Below, one piece after another: positions 19,331 to 27,850 of a stretch of DNA of 64,000 nucleotides. The DNA is taken from sequence record PP438435.1; one strand, given 5' to 3'. Numbering within the stretch: position 1 is the stretch's first letter; each line of letters starts with the position of its first letter. The notes beneath the pieces were generated by a model. That model searched no databases and was not told where the DNA came from. It saw nothing but the letters and a program-made list of their open reading frames with translations. The translations under genes were made by a program, and so were the position numbers.

Positions 19331-19357
19331 GTTAGCGCATTGTGTATGCAATACGCA
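19331..19357. promoter_or_regulatory. Palindromic operator box D upstream of the C5 methyltransferase
   Basis: Minus strand reads TGCGTATTG-CATACA-CAATGCGCT-AAC, with TTGCGG-N18-CACAAT. Confidence 0.65.
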
Positions 19358-19382
19358 GTGCACCGCAAGGGCGTCGCTGCAG

Positions 19383-19790
19383 TCAGCCTGGCGACACCCC
19401 TCCAGCGCCCGCGGCCCGCGCCACGCCTGCCCGCACATGGTCGGCGGCCGCCAGGTACTCGGCTTCGATCTGCTTCACCATCTCAGCATGGCCGGCTTCG
19501 GCTTCGACCCACGACGAATAGCGTCGGAGAGCCCTCGGCTCGCCCACGCTGCCCTCTGAGGCATCCGCCTGAAGAAACGCCATGGTCTCGAACAGCAACG
19601 GGTCGCCTTGGCCAGCCGAGTGATCGAGCCCAAGGAAGACGGTTGAGACCCAGCAGGCACCCTCGGCCACGACGGTATGCGCAACCCGCCACGCGGCAGG
19701 GTCCAGTTGCTGACGCGCTACCTCTTCGAGGTCCTCGCACGGAAATGCAATGCGGTCTCGAAGGATGTACCAGAGCGAACGCTTACCCAT
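19383..19790 (-). CDS. Hypothetical protein, VSTVFLGLDH...PLLFETM family
   Basis: Conserved-looking motif; ATG 19790 directly abuts the 31 bp inverted repeat. Confidence 0.7.
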   Translation of the reverse strand: MGKRSLWYILRDRIAFPCEDLEEVARQQLDPAAWRVAHTVVAEGACWVSTVFLGLDHSAGQGDPLLFETMAFLQADASEGSVGEPRALRRYSSWVEAEAGHAEMVKQIEAEYLAAADHVRAGVARAAGAGGVSPG

Positions 19791-19940
19791 GCTGTCACAC
19801 CGTATTCGGAAATGGGAGCTGCCGCGAGCGTCCCCGCATGCAGGGCTGGGATTCGCGCCCAGCAATGCCGATCACTGCAATCGCCGCTGTGTCTATTCGC
19901 GTTCCTGCACAGCTCCCATTTCCGAATACGGTGTGACAGC
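19791..19940. repeat. Perfect 31 bp inverted repeat with an 88 bp structured spacer
   Basis: GCTGTCACACCGTATTCGGAAATGGGAGCTG at 19791-19821 and its exact reverse complement at 19910-19940. Confidence 0.95.
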
Positions 19941-19955
19941 CACGCGTCTAGGCCA

Positions 19956-20306
19956 TCAAATCACGCCTTTGGGTCGAACCGGGTCCTTATACCAGTGCCC
20001 GTATGGCCATGATTTTTCGGGCACCTCCGGAATATCGAAATCGACGTCGTAACGGTCGGAATTGAGTACACCGCCGACGGATTGCAATACCGACGAGAGG
20101 ATCAATGTTTGCCCAGTAGAGCAAAGCGGAGCAGGCATCAACGGCGCGGGATCCTCACGAAAGGGCCCGGTCGCAAGCGAAGCCCTGTTCAGCTCGCCAA
20201 ACTCCAGGTTCTCGCCGGCCCCGAACGGCGCGCATACGACAGTGTTCCCATCGACGCCGGCGGCAATCAGCTCGTTCAGGTAATCGCGCAATTGGATCAG
20301 ACGCAT
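19956..20306 (-). CDS. Hypothetical protein, lower GC
   Basis: GGAG RBS and its own strong promoter; 116 aa. Confidence 0.7.
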   Translation of the reverse strand: MRLIQLRDYLNELIAAGVDGNTVVCAPFGAGENLEFGELNRASLATGPFREDPAPLMPAPLCSTGQTLILSSVLQSVGGVLNSDRYDVDFDIPEVPEKSWPYGHWYKDPVRPKGVI

Positions 20307-20336
20307 GATGGCACTCCGCTTCGTTTCTTGGTGAGA

Positions 20337-20365
20337 ATCCTAGGCGCCTAGTGCGCGCCTGTCAA
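20337..20365 (-). promoter_or_regulatory. Sigma70 promoter overlapped by the palindrome CTAGGCGCCTAG
   Basis: TTGACA (20365-20360)-N17-TAGGAT (20342-20337); palindrome at 20340-20351. Confidence 0.8.
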
Positions 20366-20383
20366 CGCACCCTTCTGCGCGCA

Positions 20384-21001
20384 TCAAAGGAGTGAGATGC
20401 CGCGCAGATCCGCTTCTCGCTTCCGCGCTACGCCCTCCGCTTCGAGACGGTCCGCGATCGCATCTCCCCATCCGGACCCGCGCAACCCGGCGACGAGCAC
20501 GCACACAACCTCTGGCCCCGCGATGTCCTCGATGCCCTCGTTGTCCATCTCCCCGTGCGCAGACGCACCCACCTTGATGATCAACCCCGCACCTTCGAGC
20601 ACAGCAGCCGGTCGCTCGGCGACCTCCGCCGGTGAGTCGCTGCTCCATGCTCGGGTCTCGTTGACCTCGAGCATCAGGTCGAAGCTCACCCCTTCACCGC
20701 TCGGAAAGCCGCGCAGCTCAAGGTGATCGATGTCGAGCGAAGCCTTGACATAGTCCTCGGCGTCCTCCACGTCCTCGCCGAGACCCGGGCGTGCGGTCAC
20801 CGTAGCGAAACTCCACGCCACCGTCCGCGCCTCTGAAAGCTCGTGCTCGGAGATCGCCTTGGCGATCCGTGACTGCCGCTCTGCCAGGATGGGCGATCTC
20901 GCATCCAGCACAATGAAACCGGGCGCGGGGCCGGTGTTCTCGTCCATGCCGATTCCGAGCACCAACAGCTCGACAGGCGAATCCGCTTTCGCAATGGTCA
21001 T
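20384..21001 (-). CDS. Hypothetical protein, tandem paralog 2
   Basis: AAGGA RBS; aligns end to end with 21074-21667. Confidence 0.8.
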   Translation of the reverse strand: MTIAKADSPVELLVLGIGMDENTGPAPGFIVLDARSPILAERQSRIAKAISEHELSEARTVAWSFATVTARPGLGEDVEDAEDYVKASLDIDHLELRGFPSGEGVSFDLMLEVNETRAWSSDSPAEVAERPAAVLEGAGLIIKVGASAHGEMDNEGIEDIAGPEVVCVLVAGLRGSGWGDAIADRLEAEGVARKREADLRGISLL

Positions 21002-21071
21002 GGTGTCCTTCCTTGATATTGATTTCGCACGTCAATAGCCACGCTTCGAGCCCGTAATGCCGCTCCTGCGT

Positions 21072-21108
21072 CCTCAAGGCCCGCCGTTCGGCGCGGCGGG
21101 CCTTGAGG
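21072..21108. terminator. 15 bp GC-rich hairpin over the stop codon, between the paralogs
   Basis: CCTCAAGGCCCGCCG-ttcggcg-CGGCGGGCCTTGAGG; no clear U-tract. Confidence 0.55.
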
Positions 21109-21667
21109 CTACTCGCTGCTCCAGCCCCCCAGCCGCAATCCGCTGCGCGATCCCCACGCCCCACAATTGGTCTCGCAACGCCTCGATGATCACTGAAAGC
21201 ACATCTGAGCTCGCGAGGTCTTTGCCACTTTGGCGGACAATGTCGTCATAGGCGAACCTGCCCACCTTGATGACAACCCCGTCACTCTCGATGACCGCGG
21301 CTGGGCACTCGGCGGCCTCCGCGAAGGTGTCCGAGCTTCGCCATTCGTATCCTCCCTTCACCACGAACAACACATCGAAGGCAACGCCCTCCCGGGTGGA
21401 CGAGCCGCGGATCTCGATCCGCTCCACTTTGGGCAGTCGCCTTTCTCGAAGCGATGCTGTCACCGCCATAAAGCTCCCAGCGGCCGCGCGCACCTCCGAG
21501 AACCCGTTGTCGCTGATCGCCGAGGCGATCCGTCCCTTCTGCTTCGCGAAGTCAGCAGAACCTGCATCCACGAGAAGATAGCCGGGCACAGGGCCCATGG
21601 TGTTGTGTCTCGTAAATCTCCCAAGCACCAGCAGTTGTGCGGGCGCGTCCGAATCTGCAATGGTCAT
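21074..21667 (-). CDS. Hypothetical protein, tandem paralog 1
   Basis: AAAGGA RBS before MTIADSD. Confidence 0.8.
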   Translation of the reverse strand: MTIADSDAPAQLLVLGRFTRHNTMGPVPGYLLVDAGSADFAKQKGRIASAISDNGFSEVRAAAGSFMAVTASLRERRLPKVERIEIRGSSTREGVAFDVLFVVKGGYEWRSSDTFAEAAECPAAVIESDGVVIKVGRFAYDDIVRQSGKDLASSDVLSVIIEALRDQLWGVGIAQRIAAGGLEQRVASRPAAPNGGP

Positions 21668-21683
21668 GGCGGTTTCCTTTGGT

Positions 21684-22319
21684 CTACGGGCTAGCCACCC
21701 AGCTGGGTCGAAACAGGGTGGACGCATTTTCTGTGTGACGCGATTCATCAAGCAATTCACGGACGCGATCCAGCTCGGACGCCGAGTGCGGCGTGCCGCC
21801 GGCGTTGATCGCCAGGTAGTACCCCAGCAGGTCCTCCCGCCAGGCGAACGTGTGGACCTGGATCTTGATCATCCATGTGTTCACACGCCGCAGGTCGTAT
21901 CGCGTCCCCGCGAACACCTCCGGCGGCTGTCCGAAGAGCTGCAGCTCGCCGGCAAGTGCGCGCTCGATCGCCGTCAGGCGCTGCAGACCGTCGACGAGCT
22001 CGATGCGCCGCGGGAGATCTCCGCCCGGCTCGTCCACTTCCCAGTGGGGGATGTTGATCTGGAGCCGCTGCAGATCTCGTGTGACCGTGCCGCGGAGCAT
22101 GCCCTCGACAAAGGCGACCTGCTGCCCTTCTGTCCACACGCGACCGCGCTGGTAGTCCGGCTCTCGCACGAAGCCGCCCCAGTCGTTCCCGAACTTCTCG
22201 ATCCAGCCGCCGAGATGCTTGAGGTCGATGTCGAAGGACGCCTTCGACTGCGGAAGCGGCCGCACGATGGCTTCTGCGCGCGCTGCGCGCTCAGCGAAAG
22301 TGTTCGTGGCATCGGGCAT
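21684..22319 (-). CDS. Stand-alone DUF262 (GmrSD-N / ParB-like) protein
   Basis: PDYQRGRVW and LVDGLQRLTAI signatures; no DUF1524/HNH domain. Confidence 0.85.
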   Translation of the reverse strand: MPDATNTFAERAARAEAIVRPLPQSKASFDIDLKHLGGWIEKFGNDWGGFVREPDYQRGRVWTEGQQVAFVEGMLRGTVTRDLQRLQINIPHWEVDEPGGDLPRRIELVDGLQRLTAIERALAGELQLFGQPPEVFAGTRYDLRRVNTWMIKIQVHTFAWREDLLGYYLAINAGGTPHSASELDRVRELLDESRHTENASTLFRPSWVASP

Positions 22320-22321
22320 CG

Positions 22322-22747
22322 TCAACCTCCCATCGCGGCGCCGGCAGCGCGCGCCACCGGCGCGCAATCCGTGCTCCGGACGATTCGATGCGCCTGCTCA
22401 GGGGCGATGTCGATCATTGCCTGCAGGGCCTCCGCGGTTCGCAGATGGGGCGCCAGGGCCTGGCTGATCGCCACGACCACCTCATCCTGCCCGGCGTCAT
22501 AGAGCGGCAGGAGCGCTCGCCAGAACAGCCCCTCCGACTGGACGGCAAAGGGCACGTGCACGAACGCACCCGGCCAGCTGTCAACCGCTCGCTGGCACAG
22601 CGCGGCGTCGCGCAGGCTCACGGGCACGTACAGCAATCCACCGCCGTCGACGCCGACAGCGTCCCAACAGCGGGCGTACGTGCGGTCGGGCTCACGCAGT
22701 CCTTGCAAAGCTGCGGCGCCAAACGCTGGCGCGCGGTCGCTGTTCAC
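22322..22747 (-). CDS. DUF4116-like helical repeat protein (tail ...AAMGG)
   Basis: LLYVPVSLRDAALCQRAVDSWPGAFVHVP repeat; GTGA coupled. Confidence 0.6.
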   Translation of the reverse strand: MNSDRAPAFGAAALQGLREPDRTYARCWDAVGVDGGGLLYVPVSLRDAALCQRAVDSWPGAFVHVPFAVQSEGLFWRALLPLYDAGQDEVVVAISQALAPHLRTAEALQAMIDIAPEQAHRIVRSTDCAPVARAAGAAMGG

Positions 22748-23409
22748 GGCCCGCCCATGCCCGGAAGCGGCTTCGCGGGCTCATTCGCATAGGTGGGCAT
22801 GTCCGGGAGCACTGGCCCTTCTGCATCGAAGCGCACACTGCGCAGCCCGAACGAGAGCGCTTTGCGAAGCACCGCCTGGGCGCCCTCCGACAGGCCGCCC
22901 AACAGCGCGTCGTGATCGGCATCTTCGTGGAAAAGCGCGTCGCTGAGCTCGACGAGCGCGCCGTGCTCGCAGGTCGCACTTACGATCAACTCCTTGCAGG
23001 GGCTGGAGCCGCGCACGAACTCCCCCAGCTCGCGACGCGTGATGTGCGCCGTCGACGCGAGCACATAGCCCTGCACGACGAACCCATCGCGGCACGCGAT
23101 CTCGGCGCCGCGAAGCCCATCGAACGTCGCCGGCGTTGGATTCATCTCGAAGCCTTCGGAAATTGAACGGCTCGGCCAGCCATCGTCATCGAGCTCATCC
23201 ACTGTAACGACCCGCTCGCTGGACTCGTCAGCGCCATCCCACTCAGGCTCAAAGACGTAACCACCGGCACCCACTGCCCGGTCCGCGAACACCTGCTCCG
23301 CGAACTCCCGCAGCTCGGCTTCCGACTCACCCACCCCGTCCGGGATCTCGACTTTGCAGTACGCCGGGACGTTGATGGCCAATCGCATCACGCGTGTGTT
23401 GTCGCTCAT
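22744..23409 (-). CDS. Hypothetical protein, C-terminal DUF5983-like domain (tail ...PGMGGP)
   Basis: STAHIT and VRFDAEGPVLPDMPTY motifs; GGAG RBS. Confidence 0.55.
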   Translation of the reverse strand: MSDNTRVMRLAINVPAYCKVEIPDGVGESEAELREFAEQVFADRAVGAGGYVFEPEWDGADESSERVVTVDELDDDGWPSRSISEGFEMNPTPATFDGLRGAEIACRDGFVVQGYVLASTAHITRRELGEFVRGSSPCKELIVSATCEHGALVELSDALFHEDADHDALLGGLSEGAQAVLRKALSFGLRSVRFDAEGPVLPDMPTYANEPAKPLPGMGGP

Positions 23410-23451
23410 CTCGCACTCCTTTGCGCCAGTCGCATGGTTCTATTCTCGATC

Positions 23452-24030
23452 TCAAGGCCCCGTCATTGCGGAGGCGCGCTGCAGGAGACCGGCCGCGCTT
23501 TCCACAGCTGCCACCAGGCGCTCGAGCTCAATCAGTTGCTCGATCTGCTCGATCGCTTGAGGTAGTTCAATTCCGCTCGACTCGAGCCACGCATCCGCCT
23601 CGTCCCCAACCAGCACGCCGTCACCGCCGGGAGGCCGCACGAGCACATCCTCGAGACCGTCATCCGCGCGCCAAGCGACAGCGTTCACGGTCGCATCGGC
23701 GATGGGGGCCGCTAGAACGATGCTGTCGCGCTTGACGGTGCAGACCGTGGGCGATTCCGGCTCCGCGCGCCTGAGGCGCGCCACTGTCGCGCCCTCGACC
23801 TCATCGGGAGTGAGCCAGACCACAATGCCGGGGCACGCTATTTCAAGACTCCGAACATGCTCAGGCATGGACGCGAGATGCCGCCTGGCGGCATCCAGCT
23901 GCGCCCACCCTTCGGGATCGAGATGCAGCGCAACGATGATGGGGTCATCTTCGGAAAGCGGGCGATCGTTCGTCGCTGCGCGGAGGATGCACAGCACGTG
24001 CACCCCGTCATCTTCGCCGCCGGCGCTCAT
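23452..24030 (-). CDS. Hypothetical protein (tail ...SAMTGP)
   Basis: ATGA coupled. Confidence 0.7.
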   Translation of the reverse strand: MSAGGEDDGVHVLCILRAATNDRPLSEDDPIIVALHLDPEGWAQLDAARRHLASMPEHVRSLEIACPGIVVWLTPDEVEGATVARLRRAEPESPTVCTVKRDSIVLAAPIADATVNAVAWRADDGLEDVLVRPPGGDGVLVGDEADAWLESSGIELPQAIEQIEQLIELERLVAAVESAAGLLQRASAMTGP

Positions 24031-25028
24031 ACTGCAGGCCCGCGATCGCGCGTGGAGCCCGGACCACGGGGTATGTGCGCCTCGATCCAGTCCTCCAGCT
24101 CGCCGCGGTTGGCGATCTCGATGCGGAAGGGGCCGCTCCGCTTGGCCTGCTCTGCCATGGCCTCAGCGTCCAGTGACAGCAGCTCGTCGGCCTCGTAGGA
24201 ATCGTCCTCCGGTAGCTCTAACTGGCCGGAATGCCAGAGGGCGGCGGCCGTTTCGGTACTTTCCGCCGTCAGAGCGAACACTTCGGCCAGTGTCGCGTCG
24301 ATGCCCATGGCCTCGTCGCGCAAGGCGACGAGGCCATCATTTGAGGACTCGCGCTCCGGGATGTACTGGAGCTCAACCATCGGTGCGTCCGCGAAGATCT
24401 CCGCCAGCGGGCCCAGATCCAGCGCCTCCGCGGCGTTGATCGCAACGCCGGAAGCAGCGACCAGCGCCCCAACGCGCTCTGCCAACACCGTGCTGGCGTC
24501 CTGCTCATCGGCGCTTGCAGCCTCCCTCAGCGTGGCCCACGCGGTCGGGCCAAAGAGCACGCCCCCAAGACTGATGCCCTCTCGGAGCGTCTCTTCCAGA
24601 GTTTCGAGCGACGCCCAGGTCACAGGGCGCTCGGTCGAGTCGCGTCCTGTCGATGCCGTCACGCTGGTGACGCGCTCCCTCATGGGCGCGATCGATGCAG
24701 AAGGGTGCTGCGTCGTCGTCTGGACAAACACGCAGTCGCGGCGCGCGACTTCCGGCGCATCCAGCGTGCCGCCATAGCCTCCGGGGCCGATGCGCACCCA
24801 GCTCGCCGACGCGCCTTCCAGCGTGAAGCTCACCTCGTCGAGGGTGACGCCCTCGATCCACCCGAAGCGGGCCTTGACGGCCTCGATACGTCGCGCGACT
24901 CCGGCATCGATCGCGACCAGGACAAGATCTGCGCCCGGCGCATGCGAGTTATCGCAGTGGACCTGCAGCGCAAGCACTGCAGGTGCTTGCCTGCCCTCGG
25001 CCACGCATTTCAGTGAAGGGTGCTGCAT
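24027..25028 (-). CDS. Hypothetical protein (tail ...DRGPAV)
   Basis: GGAGG RBS; 333 aa. Confidence 0.7.
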   Translation of the reverse strand: MQHPSLKCVAEGRQAPAVLALQVHCDNSHAPGADLVLVAIDAGVARRIEAVKARFGWIEGVTLDEVSFTLEGASASWVRIGPGGYGGTLDAPEVARRDCVFVQTTTQHPSASIAPMRERVTSVTASTGRDSTERPVTWASLETLEETLREGISLGGVLFGPTAWATLREAASADEQDASTVLAERVGALVAASGVAINAAEALDLGPLAEIFADAPMVELQYIPERESSNDGLVALRDEAMGIDATLAEVFALTAESTETAAALWHSGQLELPEDDSYEADELLSLDAEAMAEQAKRSGPFRIEIANRGELEDWIEAHIPRGPGSTRDRGPAV

Positions 25029-25067
25029 GGATTCGACCTCCGTGTCGAAAGGATGTTGCGTGGCGTG

Positions 25068-25325
25068 CTACATCGAGGGGTGTGGCGGCGAAGCTGCCAC
25101 TGAATCAACCGGCGGGACGTCCTGACACGGTGTGCGCGCTTGCATGTGCCGAGCGATCCACATGAGCTGCTCCGGACTAAACCAAGCATCTAGCCGCACA
25201 TGGGAGTCGCCTGGCAGCCAATACACGTAATTGCTTGGGTCATAGAGAGACCCATCCTCACCGATCGTCAGGCGCGCGAAGCCCTGAGGGCCGGGGCCTG
25301 CTTCCTTCTCATCGTTCGTGCTCAT
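25068..25325 (-). CDS. Small hypothetical protein (tail ...PHPSM)
   Basis: GGAG RBS upstream of MSTNDE. Confidence 0.6.
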   Translation of the reverse strand: MSTNDEKEAGPGPQGFARLTIGEDGSLYDPSNYVYWLPGDSHVRLDAWFSPEQLMWIARHMQARTPCQDVPPVDSVAASPPHPSM

Positions 25326-25367
25326 ACCTGCACTCACTCCTAGCCTCATTGTGTGGCACGTCAGGCG

Positions 25368-26117
25368 CTACATGGATGGACTTGGGGCGACGTCACGCTG
25401 ATTCGGGGCCTCGTCCTCTCCGTAGGCCCATGGGTCGCGGACGAACCCTTTCTGAGTTCGCGCAGCGCTTGCAGCGATCGCTGCATCCATGCCCACGGCA
25501 TCGGCGTGGTTGACCGCATGCCCATCGATCCGCAGCTCCCCGGCGCCCGTCACCTCGACAGTCACAGGCTCGTCCGTGTGGCGACCGTCTGCCGACGGCC
25601 TCACCACGCCGGCGAGCGCCCCATCCGCAGTTGCGTGCAGGCCCTTCAGCATTCGTCCGCCCGCACGCTCCAGCGCGCCGTACAGCGCTTCCACGGCGGC
25701 GCGGCGACCCGTCTGAAAGTCCTCGGCTACGGCAGCCACCAACGTCTCGGCAGCGAAGTGATTCACGAAGAGCCAGTTGCTCTCCGGGCCCGGCCCGATC
25801 GCCAGCGGCACTGTGCCCTGACGCGTTTCGACCCGTCCGAGATCCGCGGCGAACCCGACACCAAAGGTCGGCGCTGGATCCGGGTAAGTGCGCGGTAGCA
25901 CGAGAGCAAGGCTGAACTCGCCCGTGCTCTGGTAGCTGCAGACCGGCAGGTCGCGGCCATGCAGGGCAGCCAACGCCACCAGCCCATCGCTCAGCGCCGA
26001 CTCGCGCCGCTGCGCCGAATCCCAGCCCCCCTTGCCGCGCTCTGCCTGAAGGCGCTCGTAGGCGTTGAGCAAAGCTGCGCGCGCCTCAGCCACGAACGGA
26101 AGCTGCTTTTGGTTCAC
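25368..26117 (-). CDS. Hypothetical protein (tail ...APSPSM)
   Basis: GGAGA RBS, GTG start. Confidence 0.7.
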   Translation of the reverse strand: MNQKQLPFVAEARAALLNAYERLQAERGKGGWDSAQRRESALSDGLVALAALHGRDLPVCSYQSTGEFSLALVLPRTYPDPAPTFGVGFAADLGRVETRQGTVPLAIGPGPESNWLFVNHFAAETLVAAVAEDFQTGRRAAVEALYGALERAGGRMLKGLHATADGALAGVVRPSADGRHTDEPVTVEVTGAGELRIDGHAVNHADAVGMDAAIAASAARTQKGFVRDPWAYGEDEAPNQRDVAPSPSM

Positions 26118-27141
26118 GGTGTTCTCCTGAATGGGTTGCTGTCGTGTGCGTTGCGGGTGCCGAAGTATCGTTGTTTGCGCGCGCGGCGGCGTCTACTGCC
26201 TCGCGGAGCACGTCGCCATGACACGCCTCCGGCGCGCACCAGCAGACCAGCGCTTTGCCGACGAGATCGCGCTGCGCCTGCGCGATCAGCGCTGGGCGAT
26301 CTGCCAGCCACTCGCGGTACTTCGAGATCACAGCGGCTCGATCACCGTCCCGGCCGATTGCGAAGGGATTGCCGTAGGGCGATGGCCGTCCGATGTACAC
26401 CGCCCCATCGGGAAGGCCATGGGTCTTCTTGTTCAAGACGGCGCCGATGGCGTGCGGATTGGCGGCCGCCGTGGCGACCGCCAGCTTGCCCTCAGCCCTC
26501 GCGATGCGCCGCTCGATGTCGGTCGCTCCGGCGCGTAGCGCGTCCTCGGATCGGTCGCCCCCTGCCGCGGAGACACGCTGGCGCACCTCCGCGTCAATCC
26601 ATCGCTCCAGGAGACATCGCAGACGCTCGGGCGTCAGGCCCTGCGGGCACTTCACCATGATCTCTGGGTGGTCTGGCAAGCGTGCCCAGCCATCTTCGCT
26701 CACGACGCGAGGCATCGCCGGCCGCGGCAGCGCCGCCACCTCAGCCTTGGCCTGATCCAGCGCCTCGATCCCAAGCCTCAGCGAGGCTCGCATCAGGTGC
26801 AGCTTCGCGAGCGTCTGCGCGGCCGCCAGCGCCCCACGTACCGGACTGCCCTGCTCTGCCAAGAGCCCCGTGTCGCGCAGCGCGCTCTCAAGGCTCAGGA
26901 CGCGCTCGTGACCGAGCGGGCAGCGCACCACGAATTGGTGAACGATGTCGCGCCCGGTGCTCTCGGACGGCACCGCGCGCTCCCAGTCGGACACGCGGCG
27001 AACAACGTCCTCGCCACGCGCATCGACGACTTCGATAGCCTTCCAGGCCCAAGTGTAGGCGACGATCTGCGCGCCTGTCGGCCCCGTGATGACAGGCGCG
27101 AAGTCGATCGTGTTGCGCGCTCGGCTACGTGAGGCGTTCAT
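26086..27141 (-). CDS. DUF4326 domain protein with an unknown N-terminal domain
   Basis: AVYIGRPSPYGNPF ... LVCWCAPEACHGDVL. Confidence 0.85.
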   Translation of the reverse strand: MNASRSRARNTIDFAPVITGPTGAQIVAYTWAWKAIEVVDARGEDVVRRVSDWERAVPSESTGRDIVHQFVVRCPLGHERVLSLESALRDTGLLAEQGSPVRGALAAAQTLAKLHLMRASLRLGIEALDQAKAEVAALPRPAMPRVVSEDGWARLPDHPEIMVKCPQGLTPERLRCLLERWIDAEVRQRVSAAGGDRSEDALRAGATDIERRIARAEGKLAVATAAANPHAIGAVLNKKTHGLPDGAVYIGRPSPYGNPFAIGRDGDRAAVISKYREWLADRPALIAQAQRDLVGKALVCWCAPEACHGDVLREAVDAAARANNDTSAPATHTTATHSGEHREPKAASVRG

Positions 27142-27146
27142 AGCGC

Positions 27147-27818
27147 TCAGACCATCGCCGGCGGACGCGGCGCCCGCAGAGGAGGGGCCACAGCGACCTC
27201 GGAGCCCTCAGGCTGCCACACAAGCCGCGTGTCGTCTCCGGACCAGATCTTGCCGTTGAACTTGACGAAACCGATCAGCCGCCGCTTCGGCTCGTTGTGC
27301 TTCCAGACCTCGCCGCCGGCGAAGTCACCGGGCGCGAGCCCGTTACGCTCGATGTAGTCGCGGACCAGGCGGGACGCAACCTCCAGGTGATGCGCGCCTT
27401 CCCACTTCAAGCGGCCGCCCTCCAGGCAATCGCGCCGCGTGTGCGCCAGCGCTACGCGGTACGGCATGAGAGCGTTTCGACGGTCCAACGCCTGGCGCAA
27501 AGCCTCCTGGACCACCTCGAAGGTAACGCAGAGCTGCGCGCAGTTGAGGAAGGGCACGCCATTGATGGCGACGACGCCACCGGTGCTGGCACCGATCGAG
27601 ACGCTGTCACCGGTATAGGGCAACGGCACGTTGCACCTGCGCCACTCTTGCGCAACCGACTGCTGCCACGGCGTGCGCTTCAGTCCTGCATCGGCGAGCA
27701 CGGCATCCGCGAGCATCTCGGCTTCATCGCGTGTCCTTGCTGCCGCGCCGAAGAGCACGAAGCCGGGAGCGCCCCAGCGATTGACATCGAAACGTGGATC
27801 TTCGAGCACCCCTTCCAT
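27147..27818 (-). CDS. Hypothetical protein (tail ...RPPAMV)
   Basis: GGAGA RBS before MEGVLED. The longer 365 aa frame overlaps the upstream gene and is not credible. Confidence 0.7.
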   Translation of the reverse strand: MEGVLEDPRFDVNRWGAPGFVLFGAAARTRDEAEMLADAVLADAGLKRTPWQQSVAQEWRRCNVPLPYTGDSVSIGASTGGVVAINGVPFLNCAQLCVTFEVVQEALRQALDRRNALMPYRVALAHTRRDCLEGGRLKWEGAHHLEVASRLVRDYIERNGLAPGDFAGGEVWKHNEPKRRLIGFVKFNGKIWSGDDTRLVWQPEGSEVAVAPPLRAPRPPAMV

Positions 27819-27850
27819 GGTCGGTATCTCCCTTCCTGCGCTACGCGCAG

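Noticed and set aside
19791-19940. 31 bp inverted repeat as insertion-sequence ends
   Set aside because: Only 88 bp inside, no transposase, no target duplication; kept as an unexplained structure instead.
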